64,000 nt of DNA. Source: an uncultured Lachnospiraceae bacterium (GTDB lineage: Bacteria; Bacillota; Clostridia; Lachnospirales; Lachnospiraceae). Under the pieces are notes generated by a model. That model was not told the origin of the DNA and did not search any database. It was given only the letters and a program-made list of their open reading frames with translations. How positions within the stretch are numbered: the first letter of the stretch is position 1; every line of letters begins with the position of its first letter. Location of the stretch: the NCBI GenBank assembly GCA_902794095.1, contig CADBFZ010000006.1:90092-154091 (forward strand), read 5' to 3'. Positions 8,961-17,502 of the stretch are shown here, one piece after another. Position numbers and translations under genes: made by a program.

Positions 8961-10139
8961 ATGTTTGATTTCAAATATTTCGCACCCACAAAAGTCCTCT
9001 TCGGAAAAAACACAGAGGATAAAGTAGCCGAGCTCATCAAAGAATTCGGCGGAAGCAAAGTCCTCATCCACTACGGCGGCGGGTCCGTTATCCGCTCAGG
9101 CCTTATGGATAAGGTTAAGGCGCAGCTTGAAGCAGCCGGAATCAAGTACGTTATGCTGGGCGGTGCGGTACCCAATCCCCATCTTCAGCTGGTTTACGAA
9201 GGAATCGAACTTTGTAAAAAAGAAAACGTCGATTTTCTCCTTGCTGTAGGCGGAGGCAGCGCTATCGATTCAGCAAAGGCCATCGGATACGGACTGGCAA
9301 ACGGCGGGGATGTATGGGATTTCTATGACGGAAAGCGTAAGGCTGAAGGCAGCATGCCTCTCGGCGTAATCCTTACCCTTGCCGCAACAGGAAGCGAAAT
9401 GAGTGACTCTTCCGTTATCACCAAAGAAGAAGGACTCATTAAGAGAGGCTACAGCTCCGATTTCGGACGTGCAAAGTTTGCAATCATGAATCCAGAGCTT
9501 ACCATGACTCTTCCCGATTATCAGACCGCATGCGGATGCACCGACATCATGATGCACACCATGGAAAGATATTTTACCAACGGCGGAAACATGGAGATCA
9601 CAGATTCCATGGCTGAAGCATTACTCAGAACAGTTAAAAAGAATTCAATCATCCTTCGCGACGATCCCAAGAACTATGATGCAAGAGCCGAGGTTATGTG
9701 GGCAGGAAGCCTCTCTCACAACGGACTTACCGGATGCGGTAATGACGGCGGGGATTGGATGACTCATAAGCTGGAGCACGAGCTTGGCGGATTGTTTGAT
9801 GTAGCTCATGGTGCAGGCCTTGCCGCAATCTGGGGAAGCTGGGCAAGATACGTATATAAGGATTGCCTTCCCAGATTCAAGAGATATGCTCTTAACGTAA
9901 TGGAAGTTGAGAATAAGGGAACTGACGAAGAGATTGCCCTTGCGGGAATCGAGGCAATGGAGGATTTCTACAGAAGCATCAACATGCCCACCAACCTTCG
10001 TGAACTGGGAATCACCGCAACCGATGAAGACCTTGTAACAATGGCTCGTAAGTGTGCCGTCGGCGTAGGCGGAGGAAAAGGTTCTGCCAAGTTCCTTAAA
10101 GAGGAAGATATGCTGGCTATATACAGAGCAGCGATGTGA
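8961..10139 (+). CDS. iron-containing alcohol dehydrogenase (butanol dehydrogenase/YqhD-like)
   Basis: Family hallmarks: MFDFKYFAPTKVLFG..., GGGSVIRSG, LLAVGGGSAIDSAKAI and the His-rich metal site (HxxxH region MMHTMERYF... HKLEHELGGLFDVAHGAG). 392 aa. Confidence 0.85.
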   Translation: MFDFKYFAPTKVLFGKNTEDKVAELIKEFGGSKVLIHYGGGSVIRSGLMDKVKAQLEAAGIKYVMLGGAVPNPHLQLVYEGIELCKKENVDFLLAVGGGSAIDSAKAIGYGLANGGDVWDFYDGKRKAEGSMPLGVILTLAATGSEMSDSSVITKEEGLIKRGYSSDFGRAKFAIMNPELTMTLPDYQTACGCTDIMMHTMERYFTNGGNMEITDSMAEALLRTVKKNSIILRDDPKNYDARAEVMWAGSLSHNGLTGCGNDGGDWMTHKLEHELGGLFDVAHGAGLAAIWGSWARYVYKDCLPRFKRYALNVMEVENKGTDEEIALAGIEAMEDFYRSINMPTNLRELGITATDEDLVTMARKCAVGVGGGKGSAKFLKEEDMLAIYRAAM

Positions 10140-10178
10140 TTATGGTATAATCATAAGAAATGATTATATTGGAGATTT

Positions 10179-11210
10179 GTGATGTTTCATTTAAAAGAAT
10201 GCCTTGATAAAGGTCAGGTTTATATAATCGCAGAAATGTCCGCAAACCACGGCGGATCTTTAGAGAATGCCCTTAAGATCGTAAGGGAATCCAAGAATGC
10301 CGGTGCGGATTGTCTTAAGATCCAGACTTATACCGCAGACAGTCTTACAATTGATTGCGATAATGAGTATTTCAAGATAAAAGGCGGTCTCTGGGACGGA
10401 TATAAACTTCACGACCTGTATAACGATGCTCTCACACCCTATGAATGGCACAAGGCCATTAAGGACGAATGTGACAAGGTAGGAATCGACTTCCTATCAA
10501 CTCCTTTTGATAAAGAAGCCGTTGATTTCCTTGAAGATCTGGGCATAGAGTGCTACAAGATTGCCAGTTTTGAGATGGTTGATCTGCCTCTTATAGAGTA
10601 TGCGGCATCCAAGGGAAAACCCATGATCATCTCAACCGGAATGTCTTCTATTGAAGAAATGAAGGATGCAATCGATGCTTGTAAGCGTTCAGGAAATGAT
10701 CAGATCGTAATGCTTAAATGCTGCAGCGAATATCCCGCTCCCTGGGAAGATATGCACCTTGGAAACATTCCCGACATGAGAGAAAAGCTGGGTGTTCCCA
10801 TCGGACTCTCCGACCACTCAGCAGGCAGCCTGGGTGCTGTTGTCGGAACATCACTTGGTGCGTGCGTAATCGAAAAGCATATCAAGATCGACGGCGTTGA
10901 AAGTGCGGACTCTAAGTTCAGCATGACCATCGAGGAGTTTGCTCAGATGGTTAAGGACGTAAGAAACGCTACTCTCATCCGCAAGGGTCCCTGCTATGAA
11001 CTTACTAACGGTGAAAAGAGTTCGATGATCTTCAGAAGAAGTCTTTTTGCAATTCAGGATGTCAAAGCAGGCGAGAAGTTTACCGAAGAAAACCTGGGCA
11101 TCATAAGACCGGGTTACGGCATTCTTCCCAAGTATAAAAAAGACCTCGTAGGAACCGCTGCAAAGCGCGATATCAAACGAGGCGAACCCATCACCGAGGA
11201 AGATTTATGA
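10179..11210 (+). CDS. N-acetylneuraminate/pseudaminate synthase family protein (NeuB/PseI/SpsE-like) with a C-terminal SAF domain
   Basis: IIAEMSANHGGSLENALKIV..., KIQTY and LSDHSAG motifs, and a C-terminal SAF-like segment (IRPGYGILPKYKKDLVGTAAKRDIKRGEPITEEDL). 343 aa. Confidence 0.8.
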   Translation: MMFHLKECLDKGQVYIIAEMSANHGGSLENALKIVRESKNAGADCLKIQTYTADSLTIDCDNEYFKIKGGLWDGYKLHDLYNDALTPYEWHKAIKDECDKVGIDFLSTPFDKEAVDFLEDLGIECYKIASFEMVDLPLIEYAASKGKPMIISTGMSSIEEMKDAIDACKRSGNDQIVMLKCCSEYPAPWEDMHLGNIPDMREKLGVPIGLSDHSAGSLGAVVGTSLGACVIEKHIKIDGVESADSKFSMTIEEFAQMVKDVRNATLIRKGPCYELTNGEKSSMIFRRSLFAIQDVKAGEKFTEENLGIIRPGYGILPKYKKDLVGTAAKRDIKRGEPITEEDL

Positions 11211-11782
11211 TTCTACTTCTCAGCAATAATGACAATGTAAAACTTCTCAAGGACAAACTTGATAAAGACTACGAGGTTGTCCTTTACCACGATAAGGTAA
11301 CACCCGAATACATCAAGGAACTTAATCCCGAGATTGTAATCAGCTACAATTATTCCCATATCGTTAAAGAGGACGTAATAGACCTTCTTGGTGATAAGAT
11401 CATCAACATGCACTGTTCTCTTTTACCCTGGAATAAGGGAGCTTCTCCCAATATCTGGAGCTTTATCGATGATACTCCCAAGGGCGTTACGATCCATGTA
11501 CTTGAAAAGGGACTTGATACCGGAAGACTTCTCCTTCAGGAAGAAGTAACTTTCGATGAAGAAACAGAGACCCTTGCTTCGACATATAACAAGCTTCAGG
11601 AAACCATCGTCGATCTTCTCGTCTCAAATCTTGAGGATATTCTGGGCGGAAACATTGTTCCCACAGAACAAAAAGGCGAAGGTTCCTATCACAGAACCTC
11701 CGACCTTAAAGCTCTCTTAAACGGAAGAGAAATCGATTATAATATGACGATTAAACAATTTAAAGAATTTATAGCTATGTGA
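11207..11782 (+). CDS. formyltransferase-family protein (PurN/Fmt N-domain-like, 191 aa), translationally coupled to the NeuB-like gene
   Basis: The start overlaps the NeuB stop (ATGA). ISYNYSHIVKEDVIDLL..INMHCSLLPWNKGASPNIWS resembles the formyltransferase catalytic core (N..H..SLLP.xRG motif). Confidence 0.6.
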   Translation: MILLLSNNDNVKLLKDKLDKDYEVVLYHDKVTPEYIKELNPEIVISYNYSHIVKEDVIDLLGDKIINMHCSLLPWNKGASPNIWSFIDDTPKGVTIHVLEKGLDTGRLLLQEEVTFDEETETLASTYNKLQETIVDLLVSNLEDILGGNIVPTEQKGEGSYHRTSDLKALLNGREIDYNMTIKQFKEFIAM

Positions 11783-11806
11783 CAGAGGGTCCGACCCCAT
11801 GTCACA
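11778..11806. repeat. GC-core palindromic element, copy 1 (TGTGACAgaGGGTCcGACCCCATGTCACA)
   Basis: Inverted arms TGTGACA/TGTCACA plus inner GGGTC/GACCC. The TGA stops of both convergent genes (11780-11782 plus strand, 11802-11804 minus strand) lie inside the two arms. A near-identical copy sits at 38784-38812. Confidence 0.5.
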
Positions 11807-12491
11807 TTCCAACCATCTTGCGGTACTTAATCTCCGCAATGTTCCAGTCATCGAAAGTATCGATGTCCTGAACTTCCATATCATCTACGATAAACGGCGC
11901 TGTAGAGGCGGGAACTAATGAATGTCCCTCGATCAGCGTCTTTGTTTTTTGAAAATAAAACTGTCCGGCATCGTGATAGAACGGCTCAAGGTCCTGGGAT
12001 CTTGCAAATTCATTCTCAGGCCATTTGTACTTAAGGCTCTCATCCTCAATAACAAAGCATCTTTGAGGAGGAAATGAGAATCTTACAACAGGTACAAGTG
12101 CGTCCTTACCGGATGACTGAAGCTGTTCAAATGCAGTCTTTAATTTCTCGGAAGTGATAAAAGGCGCTGTGGGATAGATGCAACATGCGTAATCAAATTC
12201 TTCTCCCAGCTTCTTATACTCGCCGAGAACTTCTTTGATAACTTCTATTGTAGGAGCATGGTCATCAGCTTTCTCAGCGCTTCTGAGAAAAGGGACCTCT
12301 GCTCCGTAGCTTTCCGCGATTCTTGCAATCTCCTCGTCATCTGTTGAAACCATAACTTCATCAAATATTCCGCTGTTAAGTGCAGCTTCGATGGAATAAG
12401 CGATTATGGGCTTGCCGCAGAACTCTTTTATATTTTTGCGGGGGATTCTCTTAGAACCCCCGCGCGCAGTAATTATCGCAACAACGCTCAT
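11802..12491 (-). CDS. acylneuraminate cytidylyltransferase family protein (CMP-nonulosonic acid synthetase, NeuA/PseF/SpsF-like)
   Basis: N-terminal VAIITARGGSKRIPRKNIKEFCGKPIIAYSIEAA is the signature of CMP-NeuAc/CMP-Kdo synthetase-family nucleotidyltransferases. 229 aa. Confidence 0.8.
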   Translation of the reverse strand: MSVVAIITARGGSKRIPRKNIKEFCGKPIIAYSIEAALNSGIFDEVMVSTDDEEIARIAESYGAEVPFLRSAEKADDHAPTIEVIKEVLGEYKKLGEEFDYACCIYPTAPFITSEKLKTAFEQLQSSGKDALVPVVRFSFPPQRCFVIEDESLKYKWPENEFARSQDLEPFYHDAGQFYFQKTKTLIEGHSLVPASTAPFIVDDMEVQDIDTFDDWNIAEIKYRKMVGM

Positions 12492-12507
12492 ATGAGCCTC
12501 CGATTAT

Positions 12508-14901
12508 TTAATCCCACTCTTCTACAGAAACAAGCTCACCGTTCTCATATACGAATGCATCTGATGTATAAGTGTTTCCGTAAACGTCGGTTACCTCATA
12601 TACGATGAAGATACTGTCGTTGGTGAGATTGATATCGTCATAGTCAAGTTCAAGTTCGGATGCATAGAAAGGATCGTATGCTTCAACGTACTTTTCCTTA
12701 TCAAAGCAATACCAGATGATCTGAATCTCATCATCATCTTCAAGGGTATAGTAGTAATCAGTCTCATCGTCCATGATGGTATATCCGGTGATCATACCGT
12801 TAGGGTTATCCTGATCGTAGAATACCATGAGGTAGCACTCTTCACCGTTGATCTTAACGGGGATTACACCTGACTGGTTCCACTTACCTGTATCCTCATC
12901 GGTATAGCAGTCATAAACGATATAACATGCAACTCTGTCGGAGAGCCATGTCCACTTGCTTGGAGTATCTGCAACAAGATCTCCATCATCATCGAAGAGT
13001 CCGTACTGATCCTGTCCGAGGAAATAGGTGTTTCCTTCGTCATCCTTCAAATACATCTGAGCCATAGCGGTGAGCCAATCGATCTCACTGGTAGGCATGT
13101 AGTAATGCTCAAGTCCGTCAGCATAGGTAGCTGAAGTAGCATCAAGGTGATACTCTCCTGCCTCTGCAACGGTAAATCCACCGGTGTTGTAGGTGTGAAT
13201 GATGTCGCTGTTAAACCAGCTTCCCGCATAGTTCTCGGCATCGCTGACACCATAGTAGTAAGCATATGTAAGTGATACATACTCATCAAAGAAATCAACG
13301 ATGGTGCTGTCGTATTCAAGTGCAGAGAATGTCTTACGACCGTCACCGTAATAATTCGTATAGTCGTAAGGATAATATGCTGTAATTCCGTGACCGAATG
13401 CGAAATCACTTTCGGTGTAATCTACTGCATTAACAACAGAGTTGATCAGTGCGGTAGAAGCTGAAATCTCATACTTATTTGCAAGAGTTACAAGGTCAAC
13501 GGAGTCACTTCCCATGAATGCTCCGCAGTTTTCTCTTGCGGTAACGATCTCATAGAACTTTCTGGCTTCAAGATCGCTCTTCATTGCACCGATGTAATCG
13601 ATATAAGCATCATAAACTGCTTCGACATGGCTGAGAGAGATTACTGACATAGAAGCAACCATGTCCTTGGACTTACAGAAATCCATGTAATCGGATACGA
13701 TCATTTCTCTGTAGTCGCCCTCGGATACAGGCTTCTCGGCAAGGAGGTCAAGCCAGTTGGTATATGCAAGTCCGTTACCGTTAACGTAGCTTTCTGCACC
13801 GATCATGTAATCAGCAACATCCTTGAGAGACATTCCTACTTCGAGAGTACACATGTTACATGCGTCAAATACGATACTGTCGAAGTGAACTCCGGTCTTT
13901 GCAATACCGTGTCCAAGCTGATAGTCATAGATCATATCATCAGGGAAGTTCTCATCAACACCATATCCGATGGGAATTCCGCCGCCGTGATCCCAGAGAA
14001 TAAGAACGTACTCATCTGCAGGATACTCTTCTGCCGCAAAGGTGATGAAATCGGTAAGTGCATCAATGTTAGCCATTGATACGGTACCGAGGTTATCAAG
14101 TTCATTGAACTTACCGTCCTTATAGCAGAATCTCTGAACTTCGTTATCGTTACAGAAGTTGTTGTTCCAATTTGTGCATCCGCCGGTCTGGATGATGATA
14201 TTGGTATCATCTGTAAGCTTAGCTCTTGAAATCTCTTCAAGATCATCGGTAGCAAGTCCATTCTCACTCTCGAGATTGGATCCGATGATATAAAGCATAA
14301 TTGTCTGCTTAGCCTGAACTTCCTCTTCAATAGGTTCGGGTTCGGGCTCGGGTTCGGGCTCATCTACAACAGTAGGCTGGGGATTAAGAATGGAATCAAA
14401 CCAACCCTGCTTATATCCGAAGAATCCGCCGCCACCGAGAAGTGCGATAAGAAGAATTGCAACAATTGCAATAACTCCGCCCTTCTTCTTTTTCTTCTTG
14501 GGAGGTTCCTGATTGAGCCTCTCAAGAGGAGTATTCATATATACTCCCTGCTGAGTGGGAACCTGGAAAATAGGCTGGCCCTGAGGTGAGGGCTGTCCCT
14601 GAGGCTGAGCCTGGAAAATAGGCTGACCCTGGGGTGAAGGCTGTCCCTGAGGCTGGAAAGGTGACTGAGCCTGGGGTGCAGGCTGAGGTGTAGGCTGAGG
14701 CTGTACAGGTGACTGGGCCTGAACCTGAGGTGCTACAGGTGTGGGCTGGGGCTGTACAGGTGCCTGGGGCTGCACGGGTGCCTGGGGCTGTGCATTCACC
14801 TGAGATGCAGGCTGCATCTGAGGCTGTTCAAGTGGAGCTCCGCAAACCATACAGTATTTGGTTCCGTCCTCCATTTGTGATCCGCATCTTGTACAAAACA
14901 T
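12508..14901 (-). CDS. membrane-anchored clostripain-family (peptidase C11) cysteine protease with an N-terminal zinc ribbon and a PQ-rich repeat linker
   Basis: N-terminal CTRCGSQMEDGTKYCMVCG; a (PQ/PV)n low-complexity tract; a TM helix (GVIAIVAILLIALLGGGGFFGY); EPEPEPEPEP; then C11 catalytic dyad contexts LILWDHGGG (His) and IVFDACNM (Cys). Confidence 0.75.
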   Translation of the reverse strand: MFCTRCGSQMEDGTKYCMVCGAPLEQPQMQPASQVNAQPQAPVQPQAPVQPQPTPVAPQVQAQSPVQPQPTPQPAPQAQSPFQPQGQPSPQGQPIFQAQPQGQPSPQGQPIFQVPTQQGVYMNTPLERLNQEPPKKKKKKGGVIAIVAILLIALLGGGGFFGYKQGWFDSILNPQPTVVDEPEPEPEPEPIEEEVQAKQTIMLYIIGSNLESENGLATDDLEEISRAKLTDDTNIIIQTGGCTNWNNNFCNDNEVQRFCYKDGKFNELDNLGTVSMANIDALTDFITFAAEEYPADEYVLILWDHGGGIPIGYGVDENFPDDMIYDYQLGHGIAKTGVHFDSIVFDACNMCTLEVGMSLKDVADYMIGAESYVNGNGLAYTNWLDLLAEKPVSEGDYREMIVSDYMDFCKSKDMVASMSVISLSHVEAVYDAYIDYIGAMKSDLEARKFYEIVTARENCGAFMGSDSVDLVTLANKYEISASTALINSVVNAVDYTESDFAFGHGITAYYPYDYTNYYGDGRKTFSALEYDSTIVDFFDEYVSLTYAYYYGVSDAENYAGSWFNSDIIHTYNTGGFTVAEAGEYHLDATSATYADGLEHYYMPTSEIDWLTAMAQMYLKDDEGNTYFLGQDQYGLFDDDGDLVADTPSKWTWLSDRVACYIVYDCYTDEDTGKWNQSGVIPVKINGEECYLMVFYDQDNPNGMITGYTIMDDETDYYYTLEDDDEIQIIWYCFDKEKYVEAYDPFYASELELDYDDINLTNDSIFIVYEVTDVYGNTYTSDAFVYENGELVSVEEWD

Positions 14902-14904
14902 GAA

Positions 14905-16413
14905 TCATTCTCCTATAAATTCTTTTATTGGTTTGAGATCGAGCGTCTGCTCGTTTTTAATAAGTTCGTAAAGCGCCTTTGCAATCTTAAGTGCTCCGCC
15001 TTCGGAATCACTCTCGATGTTAAGAGGCATGATGGGCTCGTGAAGTGATTTTCTAAGGAGCAGCCATCCGTTTCCGTGTTCTGCGTCACAATTGACTCTA
15101 ACTCCTTCGTAGTTTTCTTTTTCAAGACTCCATCCGGGAACGCTTCCGGCATTGTCTTCAAGATACTTAAGTATCCTGTCTCCGTTTGCCTGAAGGTCGG
15201 GAACATCGCCTACATGGAATCTGAGTTCCGCACTCTCTACGGGCTGTGCAAGTCCGTCGATAAGTGCTGCAACGTTGTTGCCCTTTCCCATCTCGATGAG
15301 AAGTTTAACCATGAGGTATGCTCCGTCATCAAGGAAGTAATTCTCTTTGAAAGCACCATGTCCGCTGGTTTCGATGGCAAGCTGTGAATCGATTCCGGAT
15401 TCGTTAAGTCTTATCGCTTCATCGATAACGTTACGGTAACCTCTCTTAAATCTCTTATGAACTCCGCCCTTAGCCTTGATGAAAGCTGCAAGTCCGTCGG
15501 AAGTTACTGAGTCTGTTACGATGGTAGTTCCGGGGTTGGAGTTAAGAGCAATAACAGCAAGTGCTGCAATGAGGTCGTTTCTTGTAAGTGTCTTTCCGTC
15601 GGGAAGAACTGCACCTGCTCTGTCTACGTCAGTATCGAAAATAATACCGAGGTCAGCCTTAGCATTTACCGTTGCATTCTTGATTGCTTCCGCCGCATCC
15701 TTATTCTCGGGATTTGGAATGTGATTGGGGAAGTGTCCGTCGGGATCAAGGAACTGGCTTCCGGATGTATCAGCACCGAGTTTTTCAAGTACGTCTGTTA
15801 CAAAGAAACCGCCTGCTCCGTTACCGGCATCAACTACGATGTGAAGTCCTTCAAGGGGCTTATCGCCTTTGCCTGCGCCATTTACGATCTTGTCGCGAAG
15901 GTATCCGGTGTAAGTATCCATGAAGGTTTTCTTTTCCGGAACGGGAGTATCCGCCTGATCTTTATTCTCAGCGGCAAGCTTATCAGCAAGTGCTGCGATC
16001 TCTTTGATCTCGCTCTTCTCAAGTCCGCCTCTGGAGATGAAAAATTTCATTCCGTTTCTGTACCAGGGAAGGTGGCTTGCGGTGATCATGATGCTTCCGT
16101 CGTAAGGCTCATCGCCAAGGACGGTTGCCATGAACATGGCGGGTGTTGATGCAATGCCCAGGTCGTAAGCAGTTGCGCCTTCGGTGAAAATTCCCTTTGC
16201 AGAGGCATTAAGAAGTGCTTCACCTGTAAGTCTGGAATCACGACCTATTGCAATCTTGAGATTCTTCTTACCTGTTTTCTCGGAAAGAATTCTTGTAAAT
16301 GCTGCTGCGATATCGCATGCTGCTTTGTTTGTAAGATTTACTTTCTCTCCGGTTTCATTTTCCAGAGCGATACCTCTTATATCGCTTCCGTTCTGAAGTT
16401 CCGAATAACTCAT
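14905..16413 (-). CDS. phosphoglucomutase/phosphomannomutase (alpha-D-phosphohexomutase superfamily)
   Basis: Active-site serine loop ITASHLP and metal-binding FDTDVDRAG; 502 aa. Confidence 0.8.
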   Translation of the reverse strand: MSYSELQNGSDIRGIALENETGEKVNLTNKAACDIAAAFTRILSEKTGKKNLKIAIGRDSRLTGEALLNASAKGIFTEGATAYDLGIASTPAMFMATVLGDEPYDGSIMITASHLPWYRNGMKFFISRGGLEKSEIKEIAALADKLAAENKDQADTPVPEKKTFMDTYTGYLRDKIVNGAGKGDKPLEGLHIVVDAGNGAGGFFVTDVLEKLGADTSGSQFLDPDGHFPNHIPNPENKDAAEAIKNATVNAKADLGIIFDTDVDRAGAVLPDGKTLTRNDLIAALAVIALNSNPGTTIVTDSVTSDGLAAFIKAKGGVHKRFKRGYRNVIDEAIRLNESGIDSQLAIETSGHGAFKENYFLDDGAYLMVKLLIEMGKGNNVAALIDGLAQPVESAELRFHVGDVPDLQANGDRILKYLEDNAGSVPGWSLEKENYEGVRVNCDAEHGNGWLLLRKSLHEPIMPLNIESDSEGGALKIAKALYELIKNEQTLDLKPIKEFIGE

Positions 16414-16425
16414 ATTTCCTCCCTC

Positions 16426-17496
16426 TCACAAAACACTCTTAAGATGATTTACTATTACATCTGCGGTAGCTCTGTGACTCTTTTCTCCCGGATGGCCTCT
16501 TGATCCGAATGCATCATCTGCGGTGTCCGGAAGTTTTAAAAATGCTGCGTTTTTATCTCCACTTTCCGATATATATGACGACAAAGCCTTTTCAATCGTC
16601 ACACCAAGTCCGAATCCAAGCATTCCGTATACCCATAGGATATGTGCCTGCGGGTTGGACTTTCTTACATCCTTCAGGAATTCTATGATTCCTTTTTCAA
16701 TCCTCTTAAGTGCTTCGGGATCATGTTCGCCGTTTGGCAAGTTCTCATTGTGATAAACCTTACCTGTTGCAGGATCCGTGAATGCGGGATTTTGGAAAGA
16801 GAAATCATCATTGGTTCCGAGGTTTATGACAACCGCATCGGCTTTCCATGAAGAGTGATCATAATCCCTGACATTTCTCTTCGCTTCCGCGCTGTGATAA
16901 ATACTTGGAAGCGTAGTATATATGTTATTGTCCCAGCCGTTTACTATTCCCCATCCGCTCTGTGATATCGACCTGTAATCCGCATCCATATCCTGTGCGA
17001 TCATGTAAGCATAATTCCTTACAGAGCTGAAATAAGGAGTGATCCAGTCCATCTCCTCATGGGCGCCCAGAGCACCTTCTCCGCTGGTTATACTGTCACC
17101 GATAAATTCGATGTTGTATTTTTTCGGAGCAGGCTTACTTATCTCACCGTTTACCAGGATCTTTTTCAGATACAGAAAAGATGTCGGATCATCTACAGAT
17201 GCCTGAAAATCTTTTACAATCCTGACCTTGTGTTTTACGTTAGGGTCCATGCCTTTAAAGAGCATGTATTTATTCTCACCCTCCTGAACAGGAATGTGTG
17301 CAAGCCACTCTCCGTCCAAAACAAGGCTAATCCAAGGCATATACAGATGCAATCCTGTTTCAAGAACTATACCCAGTTCAGATGCGTTCATCTCAAATTC
17401 AACGCCGCTTCCGGTCCACACCAGATTAAGCTGACCGGGCTTATCTATCGTACGTCCGCATATATGAACTTTTTCCCAAGAAGTGATTTCTGTCAT
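16426..17496 (-). CDS. SGNH/GDSL hydrolase with an N-terminal beta-sandwich domain (CE2-like acetyl-xylan esterase architecture)
   Basis: FIGDSITSGEG (GDS block I) sits in the C-terminal half after a ~130-aa N-terminal domain. A GH51 arabinofuranosidase is nearby. Confidence 0.65.
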   Translation of the reverse strand: MTEITSWEKVHICGRTIDKPGQLNLVWTGSGVEFEMNASELGIVLETGLHLYMPWISLVLDGEWLAHIPVQEGENKYMLFKGMDPNVKHKVRIVKDFQASVDDPTSFLYLKKILVNGEISKPAPKKYNIEFIGDSITSGEGALGAHEEMDWITPYFSSVRNYAYMIAQDMDADYRSISQSGWGIVNGWDNNIYTTLPSIYHSAEAKRNVRDYDHSSWKADAVVINLGTNDDFSFQNPAFTDPATGKVYHNENLPNGEHDPEALKRIEKGIIEFLKDVRKSNPQAHILWVYGMLGFGLGVTIEKALSSYISESGDKNAAFLKLPDTADDAFGSRGHPGEKSHRATADVIVNHLKSVL

Positions 17497-17502
17497 ATTT
17501 TT

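Noticed and set aside
10179-12491. Complete pseudaminic/legionaminic acid biosynthesis locus
   Set aside because: Only the synthase, a formyltransferase-like gene and the CMP-transferase are present. The dehydratase, aminotransferase and N-acetyltransferase steps are not in the window, so I call it a partial module only.
14640-14830. DNA-level short tandem repeats (CAGGTGCCTGGGGCTG...) as a non-coding repeat locus
   Set aside because: They are in-frame inside the clostripain-like gene and encode a PQAPVQPQ low-complexity linker. This is coding microsatellite-like variation, not a separate feature.
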